A stretch of 64,000 nucleotides of DNA from Christensenellales bacterium (GTDB lineage: Bacteria; Bacillota; Clostridia; Christensenellales; JBMNTQ01), in assembly GCA_050945835.1 (NCBI GenBank), contig JBMNTR010000014.1, positions 6,080-70,079 on the forward strand, written 5' to 3'. The notes below the pieces were generated by a model. That model had not been told where the DNA came from. It worked only from the letters and a program-made list of their open reading frames with translations, and searched no databases. The position numbers were made by a program, and so were the translations under genes. Below, piece after piece: positions 8,551 to 19,567 of the stretch; the first letter of the stretch is position 1; each line of letters begins with the position of its first letter.

Positions 8551-10053
8551 TTATTCGGTTTGCCCGGTTGCGTACAGCAGAATTTTTTCCTGTGTCGCTT
8601 CGTCTGCATTCAAAAAGCCTGTAACTTTACCACCGCTCACCACCATGATTCTATCGCTCATACCCAATATTTCAGGCAGCTCTGAAGAAATCATGATGAC
8701 GCATTTGCCCTCTTTGGCCAAAGAGCAAATGAGCTTGTGGATCTCTGCTTTGGCTCCTACATCAATCCCACGGGTCGGCTCGTCAATAATCAAGATATCC
8801 GGTTTGGTCAAAAGCCATCTGCCCACCAGCACCTTTTGTTGGTTGCCGCCGGAAAGATTCACTATTTTTTGCTCTAAGCTGGGTGTTTTAATGCTCAGCT
8901 TGTTCTTCATGTCCTCCGAGACTGCAACCGTCTTTTTGTAGTCGACAAGGGGACCCTTGGCCACGCTTTGAATGGCGGCAACGTAGGTGTTCAGCCTTAC
9001 GCTTAAAGGCAAAAAGCATCCGCTGCGTTTTCTGTCTTCCGTGAGTAAGGCCATATTATTTTTTATGGCATCGCTGGGATTGTTGATCCGAATTTCTTTT
9101 CCGTCAATAAAAATCTTTCCGGAACTCTTTTTGCGGACACCAAACAACGTTTCCATGATCTCGCTGCGCCCGGCGCCCATCAGACCGGCAACACCTAAAA
9201 TCTCGCCGCGGTGCACATCGAAGCTTACATCCTCAAATTCCCCTTCACGGCTCAACCCTTCCACCCTCAGATACACATCGCCAATCTCTACATGTTCTTT
9301 CGGAAACTGATCGCTGATCTGCCTGCCTACCATCATTTCCACCAACTGATCGCGGGTGGTTTCCTGAGTGCTTACGTTTCCGATATATTTTCCATCTCTA
9401 TAAACCGTTATTTCATCGGTGATTTGCCAAACTTCATCCATTTTATGTGTAATATAAATAATTGTAATGCCATGCTCCACCAGATCCCGAATGATGGAAA
9501 AAAGATGCTCCACCTCGGTTTCGGTGATCGCCGATGTTGGCTCGTCCATAATAATCAGATCGGCGTTATAGGAAATCGCCTTGGCAATTTCACACATCTG
9601 CTGCTGTGCGACGCTCAAATATCTCATTTTCGACTTCGCGTCGATATCCATATTTAACCTGCCGAAAAGCTCTTTGGTCTTTTTGACCATCGCTTTCTTC
9701 CTGGTAAACATGGTTTTACCCAATGTAAGCTCTTTCCCGAGAAAGATATTTTCGGCTACCGTTAAATCCTGAACAGTGCTCAATTCTTGGTGTATCATTG
9801 CAATCCCTTTTTGCAAAGCATCCGAAGGCCCCTTGAAGTTGATCGCTTCACCACGAAAGTTGATCGTGCCCGCATCTTTCTTATAGATACCCAGCAACAC
9901 TTTCATCAGCGTAGACTTGCCGGCGCCGTTCTCACCCATGATGGCGTGAACCGTTCCTTTTTTGACATGAAGTTGAACATCGTCCAAGGCAATAACGCCA
10001 GGAAATTCCTTACATATATGTTCCATTTTTAAAATGTAATCATATTCCTGCAT
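8551..10053 (-). CDS. sugar ABC transporter ATP-binding protein (tandem ATPase)
   Basis: GENGAGKST / LSVAQQQ / IIMDEPTS in the first domain, GLMGAGRS / LSGGNQQK / ILIIDEPTRGIDV in the second. ATG 10053 is preceded by AAAGGGGGC; the ORF-track start 10155 lacks an SD. Confidence 0.9.
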   Translation of the reverse strand: MQEYDYILKMEHICKEFPGVIALDDVQLHVKKGTVHAIMGENGAGKSTLMKVLLGIYKKDAGTINFRGEAINFKGPSDALQKGIAMIHQELSTVQDLTVAENIFLGKELTLGKTMFTRKKAMVKKTKELFGRLNMDIDAKSKMRYLSVAQQQMCEIAKAISYNADLIIMDEPTSAITETEVEHLFSIIRDLVEHGITIIYITHKMDEVWQITDEITVYRDGKYIGNVSTQETTRDQLVEMMVGRQISDQFPKEHVEIGDVYLRVEGLSREGEFEDVSFDVHRGEILGVAGLMGAGRSEIMETLFGVRKKSSGKIFIDGKEIRINNPSDAIKNNMALLTEDRKRSGCFLPLSVRLNTYVAAIQSVAKGPLVDYKKTVAVSEDMKNKLSIKTPSLEQKIVNLSGGNQQKVLVGRWLLTKPDILIIDEPTRGIDVGAKAEIHKLICSLAKEGKCVIMISSELPEILGMSDRIMVVSGGKVTGFLNADEATQEKILLYATGQTE

Positions 10054-10193
10054 ATGTTTGCCCCCTTTTGCTATTCTCCTACCACATAAGAGAGAGAGGG
10101 CTGCTCCTTCAATCAATGTAAAGAAGCAGCCCCGTCCATTCTCATGGCCGCTCAACAGGCGCAGAATGATATCCTGCTCCTATATACCGCGGC

Positions 10194-11183
10194 TTATTCC
10201 CACTTCGCTTTGTATATTTCTACTTCTTCCAGTGTAACCAGCGTATCATACAGAACGACGTCTTCCACTGTTTCACCCTTCGCCAGCTTCAATGCGCAGT
10301 TCAGGCTTTCTTTCGCAAGACCAACCGGGTCCGCATACATTGTGAAAGTCAGCTTCCCTTTTTCCATGTACTCAAGCGCATCGGGCGTTCCGTCGATCCC
10401 GGCAATGACCTTGCCTTCCAGCATGTTGGAAGCCTCCAAAGCCAGTATCGCGCCAATCGCCATTTCGTCGTTTGCAGCACAGATCGCATCGAACTCAACC
10501 CCGCCCTGGATCCAGGTTTCTACGATATTCTGTGCCTTATCGCGCTGCCAAAGCCCCAGCTCTTCTGCAACCAGCTCGATGTCCGGGTTCTCTTCCACAA
10601 CGCTCACAGAACCGTCGCGGCGCAGCGTGGAGATCAGAACGCCCGGTTCGCCGGCCAGATATGCCACCTTGCCTTTGCCGTCCAAAGCGTCTACAACACC
10701 CTGCATTTCAACTCTTCCGCATTCGAAAATGTCGGGGCCTACGGTCACATCACCGCCGCCAATGTCCTGCTGCACAGCAACATAAGGAATTCCGGCTTCC
10801 TTGCATTTTTCAGCCATCACTTTCGCAGCGTCTATCTCTACCGGTTTCACACAAATCGCGTCATACCCTTGTGTGATCCAGTCTTCCACGATCTGTAGCT
10901 GAACACTGGTGTCGTTTTTGCCATTACCCAGCGTAACTTCAGCTTCAGCCGTCTCTTCGTCCCACGACTCCGCATTGTCCATCACATAGGTGACCCATTT
11001 GTCGTTGAAATCGTTCACGGCAAAGCCGATTTTGTAAACTTTGTCTTCAGCAGCCTGGGACTCCTCGGGAGCTGCGCTCTGTTCCGGTTTCTCACTCGGC
11101 GTTGTTTTGGCATCCTGCCCGCAAGCTGCAAACAGTACCAGCACCATCAACAATGCCAATAGAAATGAAACTTTCCTTCTCAT
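10194..11183 (-). CDS. sugar ABC transporter substrate-binding lipoprotein (PBP type 1)
   Basis: Signal peptide with lipobox LFAAC, low-complexity linker, then a ribose/galactose-binding-type fold (GFAVNDFNDKW, GIPYVAV). Confidence 0.85.
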   Translation of the reverse strand: MRRKVSFLLALLMVLVLFAACGQDAKTTPSEKPEQSAAPEESQAAEDKVYKIGFAVNDFNDKWVTYVMDNAESWDEETAEAEVTLGNGKNDTSVQLQIVEDWITQGYDAICVKPVEIDAAKVMAEKCKEAGIPYVAVQQDIGGGDVTVGPDIFECGRVEMQGVVDALDGKGKVAYLAGEPGVLISTLRRDGSVSVVEENPDIELVAEELGLWQRDKAQNIVETWIQGGVEFDAICAANDEMAIGAILALEASNMLEGKVIAGIDGTPDALEYMEKGKLTFTMYADPVGLAKESLNCALKLAKGETVEDVVLYDTLVTLEEVEIYKAKWE

Positions 11184-11186
11184 TCT

Positions 11187-13607
11187 TTATACGCGCTTTT
11201 TGAATTTCAGCACCTCGTCCTCCATGAAGCCTTCCACTTCGTCGCCAATGCTGATATTGCCCATTAAAAGCTCTTCAGACAGGCTGTCCTCCACCTTCTG
11301 CTGGATCGCGCGCCGCAAGGGCCGCGCACCGTATTTCGGGTCAAACCCTTCTTTCGCCAGATACGTTTTCGCCTCGTCGGACAGCGTCAGGCCGACACCG
11401 CGTTCACGCAGACGCTTTTGCAGCGCAATGAGCATCAGATCCGTGATGGCGCGTATGTCTTTTTCGTCCAGCGCGTGGAATACGATGGTCTCATCGATCC
11501 TGTTTAAAAACTCCGGCCGGAACACCTTTCGCAATTCCTCCAGCATGGTGGTCTTCATGTCCTCGTAATCGGCCACAGCGCTGTCCTTCTGCTGCTGCGC
11601 GCCGAACCCTAAGCGCTTGCGCTCGATCTCACGCGCGCCCACGTTGGATGTCATGATGATGATGGTGTTTCTGAAATTGACAGTCCTGCCCTTTGAATCG
11701 GTCAGTCTGCCGTCCTCCAGTATTTGCAGCAGCATGTTGAACACATCCGGATGCGCCTTTTCGATCTCGTCCAGCAGCACCACAGAATACGGCTTGCGCC
11801 GGATTTTTTCTGTCAGCTGGCCGCCTTCCTCATATCCGACATATCCCGGAGGCGAACCCACCAGCCTGGATACGGAATGCTTCTCCATGTATTCCGACAT
11901 ATCGATGCGCACCACCGCGTCCTCATCGCCAAACATGGCCTCCGCCAGCGCTTTGCTCAGCTCCGTCTTGCCGACGCCGGTCGGCCCCAGGAATATGAAG
12001 GAGCCGATGGGGCGTTTGGGATCCTTAAGCCCCGCGCGCGCGCGCCGGATCGCCTTGGACACGGCTTTAACCGCTTCCTCCTGCCCGATCACGCGCTCAT
12101 GCAGCACGCTTTCCAGCCTCAAGAGCTTCTGCGCTTCGTCTTCCGTGAGCTTGCTCACAGGGATGGATGTCCATCTGGCAACCACACCTGCGATATCCTG
12201 CTCTGTGACCACCTGGTCGCGCCGCGCCGCGTCCTTCTCCCATTCCGTCTTGATCTCTTCTATCTTTTGGGCTGTCTCCTTTTCCTCGTCACGCATTTTC
12301 GCCGCTTTTTCGAAGTTCTGGTTGTTGATAGCCTCTTCCTTTTCTTTCTTGATGCTCTCAAGCTGCTCCTCCAGCTCCTTCACATCCGGCGGCGTGGTGT
12401 ACGTTTCGATGCGCACCTTGCTGGCGGCTTCGTCCATCAGATCGATGGCCTTATCCGGCAGGAACCGGTCGCTGATATAGCGCACCGAAAGCTCCACTGC
12501 CGCCTTGAGCGCCTCGTCGCTGATGCGCACCTTGTGATGCGCCTCGTAACGGTCGCGCAGGCCATGCAATATCTGTTCTGTCTCCTCCGGCGTAGGCTCA
12601 TCCACCATGACCGGCTGGAAACGGCGCTCAAGTGCTGCGTCCTTTTCCACGTATTTTCGGTATTCGTCCAACGTGGTCGCGCTCACCACCTGTATCTCCC
12701 CGCGCGCCAGCGACGGTTTAAATATGTTCGCCGCATCCATGGAGCCTTCCGCGGAGCCCGCGCCGACCAGCGTGTGCATCTCGTCGATAAAGAGTATGAC
12801 ATCGTTGGCTTCTTTCAGTTCATCGATCGCAGCCTTCAGGCGCTCCTCGAATTCGCCTCTGTATTTTGTGCCCGCGACCATGCCCGCCAAGTCCAGCGTG
12901 ACCACGCGCTTATCCTTCAAAATCTCGGGTATCTGCCCGCTTATGATGCGCTGGGCCAGCCCCTCCGCGATGGCAGACTTGCCCACGCCCGGTTCGCCTA
13001 TGAGCACGGGATTGTTCTTGGTACGCCTGCACAATATCTGTATGATGCGTTCAATCTCGTTGCTCCTGCCGATCACAGGATCGCTTTTGCCGTCTTTTGC
13101 CATCTGTGTGAGATCCGTACCGTATTGATCCAGCGTAGGCGTTTTACCGTCGCCCTGCTGTTTTGGCTGTGCGCCCGCTTCACTTCTGTTTTGCATCATC
13201 GCCGCCGTGTTGATATCCACGCCGAATTGCTGCAATATGCGCGCGGCGATGCTGTCCTTCTCATTCAGCAGCGCGAGCAGTATATGCTCCGTGCCTACAT
13301 AGCTGTCATGTAGCTGGCGCGCGGCCGATACGCTCATCTCCAGCACCTTCTTGGTGCGCGGCGTGTACCCTTGTATTTCGCCCGACTGATCGCTGCCTGC
13401 TCCGATGACCTGCGCCACCACTTCCTTTGCACGTTCATAGTCCACATTGGAATCGGCAAGCAGCTTGGCCGCACCGCCCTCTTTGACCCTTAACAGCCCC
13501 AGCATCAGATGCTCTGTGCCGATGTAGTTGTGCTTGAGTGCCAAAGCCTCCTCCTGTGCGTAGCGCATGGCTGCCTGCGCGTCTTTTGTAAAACCATTGT
13601 ATTCCAT
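11187..13607 (-). CDS. clpC: ATP-dependent Clp protease ATP-binding subunit ClpC
   Basis: Two Clp_N repeats, UVR-like linker and two AAA+ modules ([18 protein letters not shown]). Last gene of the ctsR-mcsA-mcsB-clpC operon. Confidence 0.95.
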   Translation of the reverse strand: MEYNGFTKDAQAAMRYAQEEALALKHNYIGTEHLMLGLLRVKEGGAAKLLADSNVDYERAKEVVAQVIGAGSDQSGEIQGYTPRTKKVLEMSVSAARQLHDSYVGTEHILLALLNEKDSIAARILQQFGVDINTAAMMQNRSEAGAQPKQQGDGKTPTLDQYGTDLTQMAKDGKSDPVIGRSNEIERIIQILCRRTKNNPVLIGEPGVGKSAIAEGLAQRIISGQIPEILKDKRVVTLDLAGMVAGTKYRGEFEERLKAAIDELKEANDVILFIDEMHTLVGAGSAEGSMDAANIFKPSLARGEIQVVSATTLDEYRKYVEKDAALERRFQPVMVDEPTPEETEQILHGLRDRYEAHHKVRISDEALKAAVELSVRYISDRFLPDKAIDLMDEAASKVRIETYTTPPDVKELEEQLESIKKEKEEAINNQNFEKAAKMRDEEKETAQKIEEIKTEWEKDAARRDQVVTEQDIAGVVARWTSIPVSKLTEDEAQKLLRLESVLHERVIGQEEAVKAVSKAIRRARAGLKDPKRPIGSFIFLGPTGVGKTELSKALAEAMFGDEDAVVRIDMSEYMEKHSVSRLVGSPPGYVGYEEGGQLTEKIRRKPYSVVLLDEIEKAHPDVFNMLLQILEDGRLTDSKGRTVNFRNTIIIMTSNVGAREIERKRLGFGAQQQKDSAVADYEDMKTTMLEELRKVFRPEFLNRIDETIVFHALDEKDIRAITDLMLIALQKRLRERGVGLTLSDEAKTYLAKEGFDPKYGARPLRRAIQQKVEDSLSEELLMGNISIGDEVEGFMEDEVLKFKKRV

Positions 13608-14615
13608 TTATTTCACCTCTTTATCCTTTAATTTTTCTCTGAGCAGCTGTGCTCTTATCTCGTCGATATCCATATTCTTCGCATCTCCCATGCATTTTTG
13701 AATACCCGCCGGCTGCAATTCCACTAAAAGCGTGTGCAGCGCCGCCTGATTTACTCCTTTGATCACACCCGCCGAAACGCCGAGCTTTACATCGGAGAAC
13801 AGTTTCATAAACTCCTCTATGCTGATCCGGCGCGCATAGAGCATCGTACCGTAAGCCCTGTATGCCCGGTCCTCCATGATCACCCTGTTCGCAAACAAAT
13901 CCGCCCGTACTTTGCGCTCCTGCTCAATGAGCCGCCGCGCCGCGTTTTCTATATTGCTCACGATCTCCTCTTCCATCAAGCCCAGCGTAATCTGGTTGGA
14001 CAGCTGGTAGATACAGCCCTGCGCAGCGGTGCCTTCGCCATAGATGCCGCGCATCGTCAGCCCAAACTGTCCGGTGGCATGCACGATGCTCTGTATGTTT
14101 CTGCTGATGGTCAGCGCGGGCAGATGCAGCATCACGGATACGCGCATGCCTGTGCCCGTGTTAGTGGGGCAGGCGGTTAAAAAGCCGAGCGTATCGTCGA
14201 ACGCGAAACCGAGCTTTTTTTCCAGCTCGCGATGTATCTCAGACGCCTTTTGCTCCGCATCTTTGAGATGCAGGCTGGGCGCAAAGGCCTGTATACGCAG
14301 ATGATCCTCCTCATTGACCATCACCGCCGCCTGTTCGTCTTTCGAGCACAGCACGGCGCCATACGGGTTGCATACGAGATCCGGGCTGATCAAATGCCGT
14401 TCTACCAGCATCATTTGATCCAGTTTTGACAAGTCGCTCATGCGGATCAGGCTGTATGCGCTGCCCGCCAACGCGTCGCGCACGGCGTCGCACATCCGTT
14501 CTTTTTGCGCGTTGTCCATGAGCGCGGGAAATACGACATCCTTCACATTGCGCGCCAGGCGCACCCTGCTGGACAGCACCACGTCGCTGTGCGTGTCACA
14601 TTCATTCATCCACAT
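13608..14615 (-). CDS. mcsB: protein arginine kinase McsB
   Basis: ATP:guanido phosphotransferase motifs (VVLSSRVRLARN, NEEDHLRIQ, CPTNTGTGMR). ATG 14615 follows GGGGGG; the stop abuts the clpC ATG. Confidence 0.9.
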   Translation of the reverse strand: MWMNECDTHSDVVLSSRVRLARNVKDVVFPALMDNAQKERMCDAVRDALAGSAYSLIRMSDLSKLDQMMLVERHLISPDLVCNPYGAVLCSKDEQAAVMVNEEDHLRIQAFAPSLHLKDAEQKASEIHRELEKKLGFAFDDTLGFLTACPTNTGTGMRVSVMLHLPALTISRNIQSIVHATGQFGLTMRGIYGEGTAAQGCIYQLSNQITLGLMEEEIVSNIENAARRLIEQERKVRADLFANRVIMEDRAYRAYGTMLYARRISIEEFMKLFSDVKLGVSAGVIKGVNQAALHTLLVELQPAGIQKCMGDAKNMDIDEIRAQLLREKLKDKEVK

Positions 14616-15111
14616 TCGTATCCCCCCCATTTTCCAGCCGCTTGATCTTGTCCCGCAATACGGCGGCCAGCTCGTAGTTTTCCTCTCCGACCGCTTCCTT
14701 CAGCTCGTGCTGCAGCCTCTTTATTTCGCATGTTTCGTCCTGCGTACAAACGCTTGCGGCCGGCACCATACCGGTGTGCACCGTGCGGCCATGCAGCTTT
14801 TTGAGCATAGGCATGATCTCTCCCCGAAACGCGTCGTAGCACTGCGGGCAGCCCAGCCTTCCATTTTGGCGAAACCAGGAGGATGCGGTATGGCAATTCG
14901 GGCATGTCTTCTCTTCCGTCTGATGGGGCGTGCTTTGATCAAAATATCCCGATATCAGATCGTGTATACTAAAACTCGGCGGCTGTATCATGCCTGATTG
15001 CTTTGCGCATTCGACACATAAAAATTTCTCCGCCTTCTTACCGTTGAGCGATTGCATCAGATGCACGGTCGCGTTTTTTTCTTTACATTGTTCACATAAC
15101 ATATTCATCAC
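14602..15111 (-). CDS. mcsA: McsA (zinc-finger / UVR-domain activator of McsB)
   Basis: CxxC pairs (CEQCKEK, CVECAKQ, CPNCH, CPQCY) and a C-terminal UVR motif. Located between ctsR and mcsB. Confidence 0.88.
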   Translation of the reverse strand: MMNMLCEQCKEKNATVHLMQSLNGKKAEKFLCVECAKQSGMIQPPSFSIHDLISGYFDQSTPHQTEEKTCPNCHTASSWFRQNGRLGCPQCYDAFRGEIMPMLKKLHGRTVHTGMVPAASVCTQDETCEIKRLQHELKEAVGEENYELAAVLRDKIKRLENGGDTNVDE

Positions 15112-15130
15112 CCCTCATCATTCCATGACG

Positions 15131-15589
15131 CTATTCATGCACCGCCGCCAGTATCATCGCCTTGAGCAGGCGCGCGCGCAGCGCGTCCCGCGTGGCGGCG
15201 GTCAGCCGCAGCGTGTTGTCCGACAGAGCGGCATGCATGATCTTCGCTTGCCCTTCGTTCAGGCAGCCTGTTTCCATCAGGTTATCCACCACCGCATGTG
15301 CGTTGTGTGCGCTGATGCCGTCCCCGATCTCCTCCGTTAAGAGCGCAAACACATAATCGTCTTCATCCATAGACAGCCGCAGAATACGGATATATCCGCC
15401 GCCCCCGCGCCTGCTTTCAATCTGGTAACCGTTTTTAATGGTAAACCGCGTCGCCAGCACATAGTTGATCTGCGACGGCGCGCAATTAAAATGGGCAGCA
15501 AGCTCATTGCGTTGGATTTCCACTTGCTGCGTGTCATCCTCAAACAACGCCTGTATAAATCTTTCTATACTGTCACTGATTAGAGACAT
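15131..15589 (-). CDS. ctsR: class III stress-gene repressor CtsR
   Basis: MSLISDSIERFI...SQINYVLATRFT...GYQIESRRGGGGYIRI carries the CtsR signature with the glycine loop. The internal ATG 15589 gives the normal 152-aa size. Confidence 0.92.
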   Translation of the reverse strand: MSLISDSIERFIQALFEDDTQQVEIQRNELAAHFNCAPSQINYVLATRFTIKNGYQIESRRGGGGYIRILRLSMDEDDYVFALLTEEIGDGISAHNAHAVVDNLMETGCLNEGQAKIMHAALSDNTLRLTAATRDALRARLLKAMILAAVHE

Positions 15590-15612
15590 TCCACACCGTC
15601 CTTTCTTTTTAC

Positions 15613-15629
15613 TTTGACTATCTTTGACC
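15613..15629 (-). promoter_or_regulatory. CtsR operator (GGTCAAAGATAGTCAAA on minus strand)
   Basis: Matches the tandem heptad consensus (A/G)GTCAAA-NAN-(A/G)GTCAAA, 24 nt upstream of the ctsR start. Confidence 0.85.
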
Positions 15630-15820
15630 TTTATGTTTATTATAGCACGAATCCATCGGAACGCAACACCTATTTTTATATTTTTTCCAAAATAAAGGAG
15701 TTTATTTTTCCAGCCGTTTTCCCTGCTTGATGGCCGGCATAAACGTCCGCCTTTTACGGGCAATAAAAAAAGCGCGGCTTGGGAAAGAACCCAAACCGCA
15801 CCTATTAAAAGCAGCCTTTT

Positions 15821-16645
15821 CTAATCCACGTTCGGCTTTTGAATCCGGTTGAAATCGAACGCATCGCTGTTGATGGTGTTGACCGTCATCGTCGTATAGC
15901 ACACGCCAAAGTCGATCTGAACACCCATGCCTATGACGTCTTGCAGCATGTTTTGCATGAGCGTTGAAACGGTGTCCTTTATATCCAAATCAAGCTTTAT
16001 AATATAATGGCTCTGCGGGTCAATCCACAACACCATGGGTACGCTCTGCAGCCCTTCAAACAATTGATCGCCCGTAATATCCCCTATCATGTCCTCCAGG
16101 GGGCCCATCGAAAGCTCCAGCATACTTTTCAGGTTGTCCTCCGCCAGCGTGCCGGTGATCTTGCGCGCCTTTTTGCCGTTGAGCTCTTCCATACCCGCAT
16201 CTTCGAAGCTCTTGATATTCTCCAGATACAGCCCGATGTTCTTTTTTATATTAGAATCCGGTACGAGACCCTCATGCTGCTCTGTGATTTCCTGCTCAGC
16301 CCATCCATTTCCCGCATCCGTGAACGACACAATCTTCCCATCCTTGAGCTGTTCCGAATATGCCTTCATGCTCTGCGTCATCTGCGGTATGGCGAGGGTA
16401 ACTTCCGTCATGCTTTTTTGCTGCCCGCTATCAAAAGCGATGTCCATATCCATATTCAGCGCGATCTTTTCGTCCATGATTTCTATTTCCATGTAGCATT
16501 CAACTTCTGTGTCCATGGTCTCAATCTGCTGCCATTTAAGCAGACTTCTGATGAGTTGATCCTCTACGCTAAGCTGGCATCCCGCAAAACTCAACAGCAT
16601 CAACACCGCCAGAGCGACTGTCATCATTCTTTTTTTCATGATCAT
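15821..16645 (-). CDS. hypothetical lipoprotein
   Basis: Signal peptide with lipobox LSFAGC. No family recognised. Confidence 0.6.
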   Translation of the reverse strand: MIMKKRMMTVALAVLMLLSFAGCQLSVEDQLIRSLLKWQQIETMDTEVECYMEIEIMDEKIALNMDMDIAFDSGQQKSMTEVTLAIPQMTQSMKAYSEQLKDGKIVSFTDAGNGWAEQEITEQHEGLVPDSNIKKNIGLYLENIKSFEDAGMEELNGKKARKITGTLAEDNLKSMLELSMGPLEDMIGDITGDQLFEGLQSVPMVLWIDPQSHYIIKLDLDIKDTVSTLMQNMLQDVIGMGVQIDFGVCYTTMTVNTINSDAFDFNRIQKPNVD

Positions 16646-16691
16646 CCTCCTGAAATCTTTCTATGCTTTTCTGGCTGTGGCAGGTTTTATT

Positions 16692-18131
16692 TCAATAGGC
16701 CCGGGCAAAGTATGTCATATGCTTCGCCGGCTTGCCGCAATGGATGCAGGCCTCCCCCAGATTTTCCTGCTCAAAGGGTATACACCGCGTGGTGGCGCCT
16801 GTCTTTTCCTTGATCTCGTCCTCGCAGCCGCGCTCGCCGCACCACATCGCCTTGATAAACCCGCGCTTTTCTTCCAGCACCTTTGTGAATTCGTCAAAAT
16901 CGGCGACCGTATGGGTGTTCGCCTCGCGCATACGCAGCGCCTTGTTGAACAACCCCTTGGTGATATCCTCCATCAGCGCTTGAATTGCCTCGGCAATACC
17001 CGCAAGCGGCAGCGTGAATTTTTCCAGCGAATCCCGGCGCACCAGCGTGGCGATACCGCCTTCGATATCCCGCGGCCCCAATTCGATGCGCAGCGGGATC
17101 CCTTTCATCTCGCATTCGTTGAATTTCCAGCCCGCACTCTGGTCGCGGTCGTCCAGTTCGGCGCGAAGCCCCGCGTCTTTCAGCTCACAAAGCAGCGCTT
17201 GGGCCCTTTTGAGCACGCCTTCCTTGTGCATGGCGATGGGCAGTATCATCACCTGAACAGGCGCTACTTTCGGCGGCAGCACCAGCCCCCTGTCGTCGCC
17301 GTGCACCATGATCACCCCGCCGATCATGCGGGTGGATGTGCCCCAGGAAGTCTGCCAGACATATTTCAGCTTGCTATCCTTATCCAGATATTGTATGTCG
17401 AACACCTTCGCAAAATGCTGCCCTAAATTGTGCGATGTGCCCATCTGCAGCGCCTTTCCGTCATGCATGAGCGCCTCCATGGTGTAGGTTTTCTCGGCGC
17501 CCGCAAACTTCTCTTTGGCGCTTTTTTCCCCTGTGATCACAGGGATGGCGAGCACATTTTCAGCAAACTCGGCATAGACGCCCAGCATTTTGATGGTCTC
17601 CTCCTGTGCTTCCTCGTAGGTCGCGTGCGCGGTATGCCCTTCCTGCCACAAAAACTCAGACGTGCGCAAAAACGGGCGCGTGCTCTTCTCCCACCGCACC
17701 ACATTGCACCACTGGTTCAGCAGCATGGGCAGATCCCGGTACGATTGTATCCATTTCGCGTACATACTGCATATGATGGTTTCGGATGTCGGGCGCACAG
17801 CCAGACGTTCCGTCAGCACCTCGTCGCCGCCCTGCGTGACCCAGGCCACCTCCGGCGCGAAGCCCTCCACATGCTCCTCCTCCTTTTTCAACAGGCTTTC
17901 CGGCACAAACAGCGGAAAATACGCGTTCTTATGCCCTGTCGCCTTAAAGCGCGCGTCCATCTCCTGCTGTATCAGCTCCCAGATGCCATAGCCATACGGC
18001 TTGAGCACCATACAGCCCCTGACATCCGAATAGTCCACGAGATCCGTTTTTTTGATGACATCCGTATACCATTGCGGAAAATCCACCGCCTGCTTGGTGA
18101 TGGCCTCCACAAATGTCTTCTCTTTTGCCAT
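16692..18131 (-). CDS. proS: proline--tRNA ligase (archaeal/eukaryote-like type)
   Basis: About 480 aa. N-terminus FPQWYTDVIKKTDLVDY...GCMVLKPYG, class II motifs and a C-terminal zinc-binding tail ending ...FARAY. Confidence 0.93.
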   Translation of the reverse strand: MAKEKTFVEAITKQAVDFPQWYTDVIKKTDLVDYSDVRGCMVLKPYGYGIWELIQQEMDARFKATGHKNAYFPLFVPESLLKKEEEHVEGFAPEVAWVTQGGDEVLTERLAVRPTSETIICSMYAKWIQSYRDLPMLLNQWCNVVRWEKSTRPFLRTSEFLWQEGHTAHATYEEAQEETIKMLGVYAEFAENVLAIPVITGEKSAKEKFAGAEKTYTMEALMHDGKALQMGTSHNLGQHFAKVFDIQYLDKDSKLKYVWQTSWGTSTRMIGGVIMVHGDDRGLVLPPKVAPVQVMILPIAMHKEGVLKRAQALLCELKDAGLRAELDDRDQSAGWKFNECEMKGIPLRIELGPRDIEGGIATLVRRDSLEKFTLPLAGIAEAIQALMEDITKGLFNKALRMREANTHTVADFDEFTKVLEEKRGFIKAMWCGERGCEDEIKEKTGATTRCIPFEQENLGEACIHCGKPAKHMTYFARAY

Positions 18132-18401
18132 AGTTTTCCTCCCTTACGCACATGCTGTGCTTTTTTTGCTAAACAAAAAGCTTCCGCCCACATAAGGACG
18201 AAAGCTCGCGGTACCACCTTACTTGGCTTTGGTCATGCAAAGCCCATCTTAAACGCCTTAACGCGGCAAACGCCGGCCCTACTCATTTTCAGGCCCGGAT
18301 GCTCCGGGGGCGGGTACTCACAGCACATTTCATGCAGCCCTTTCAGCGATTCAGGCCGCTCTCTTGTCTGTTGTTTGCGTGCAAGGCTCCCCCATCACAG
18401 C
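18132..18401 (-). promoter_or_regulatory. T-box leader (tRNA-sensing riboswitch) of proS
   Basis: Minus strand: promoter TTGAAA-17-TAAAAT (18437-18409); conserved T-box AAGGUGGUACCGCG (reverse complement of 18207-18220); terminator stem AGCUUUCGUCC / GUGGGCGGAAGCU plus U-run (18174-18206) just before the proS SD. Confidence 0.8.
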
Positions 18402-18473
18402 GAAAATTATTTTAGCATATCCCGCATTGAATTTCAAGCATTTATATCGTTTTTATGCCATAGCCCTGTCAGG

Positions 18474-19496
18474 TTATTCGGCTTCTGTTTCGTTCTTTCC
18501 TTTTTTCTTCTGCTGAAATTCCTCTCTGATGGTCGATTCCAGCAATTCCATGATCTCGGGGTTATCCTTTAAGAATTCTTTTGCGTTTTCCCGGCCCTGC
18601 CCCATACGGATCTCGTCATAGGAATACCACGCACCCGTCTTCTTGACCAGGCCGCGCGCTGCAGCCATATCCAGAATTGTGCCTGTTTTCGAGATGCCTT
18701 CACCATAGATAATATCGAATTCCACAATCTTAAAGGGCGGTGCCACCTTGTTTTTGGCGATCTTCACCTTCGTGCGGTTGCCTATGAATTCCGCACCGTT
18801 TTTGATGCTGTCCACCCTACGCACATCCAGCCGCACAGAGGCGTAAAATTTCAGCGCCCGCCCGCCGGTAGTCACCTCGGGGTTGCCATACACGATGCCC
18901 ACCTTTTCCCTGAGCTGGTTGATGAATATGGCTATGGTGTTGGATTTGCTGATCACCCCGGCCAGCTTGCGCAGCGCCTGCGACATCAGCCGCGCGTGCA
19001 GCCCGACGTGGGAATCGCCCATCTCTCCTTCGATTTCCGCTTTCGGCACCAGCGCCGCCACCGAGTCGATCACGATCACATCCACCGCACCGCTGCGCAC
19101 CAGCGCTTCTGTAATTTCCAGCGCCTGTTCGCCTGTATCCGGCTGGGAAACATACAGGTTCTCTACATCCACACCCAACTTCCCGGCGTACGCCGGGTCC
19201 AGCGCGTGCTCAGCATCTACAAAAGCGGCGATGCCTCCCATCTTCTGCGCTTCGGCGATGATATGCAGTGCGAGCGTCGTTTTGCCTGAGGCTTCCGGCC
19301 CGTATATTTCCGTAATACGGCCCCGCGGAATGCCGCCTACTCCCAACGCACCATCCAGTTCCAGACAGCCTGTGGGCACAGAGGAAATATCCAGCTTGGC
19401 GGATTGATCGCCCAGCTTCATGATCGCGCCTTTTCCGAATTGCCTTTCGATATTGCCCAAGGCCAAATCCAGCGCTTTTAATTTATCTTGGCTCAT
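18474..19496 (-). CDS. recA: recombinase RecA
   Basis: [16 protein letters not shown] Walker A, canonical L1/L2 regions. ATG 19496 is preceded by GGGGGAAG. Confidence 0.96.
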   Translation of the reverse strand: MSQDKLKALDLALGNIERQFGKGAIMKLGDQSAKLDISSVPTGCLELDGALGVGGIPRGRITEIYGPEASGKTTLALHIIAEAQKMGGIAAFVDAEHALDPAYAGKLGVDVENLYVSQPDTGEQALEITEALVRSGAVDVIVIDSVAALVPKAEIEGEMGDSHVGLHARLMSQALRKLAGVISKSNTIAIFINQLREKVGIVYGNPEVTTGGRALKFYASVRLDVRRVDSIKNGAEFIGNRTKVKIAKNKVAPPFKIVEFDIIYGEGISKTGTILDMAAARGLVKKTGAWYSYDEIRMGQGRENAKEFLKDNPEIMELLESTIREEFQQKKKGKNETEAE

Positions 19497-19567
19497 TCGT
19501 GCTTCCCCCATCTATATTTGTATCTATTCTATACCAATATCACCCAAACGGCAAACATTTTTTCGTA

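Noticed and set aside
11724-13313. 529-aa plus-strand ORF. Similar long ORFs occur at 11617..12480, 17430..18572, 25352..26329, 29147..30010, 31637..32893, 36756..37496, 40986..41783 and 54924..55946.
   Set aside because: All lie antisense to confidently identified genes (clpC, proS, tepA, SBP, polA, ilvD, ilvA, cas7). They have Arg/His/Pro/Ala-rich low-complexity translations and no SD. These are typical stop-codon-poor antisense frames in GC-rich DNA.
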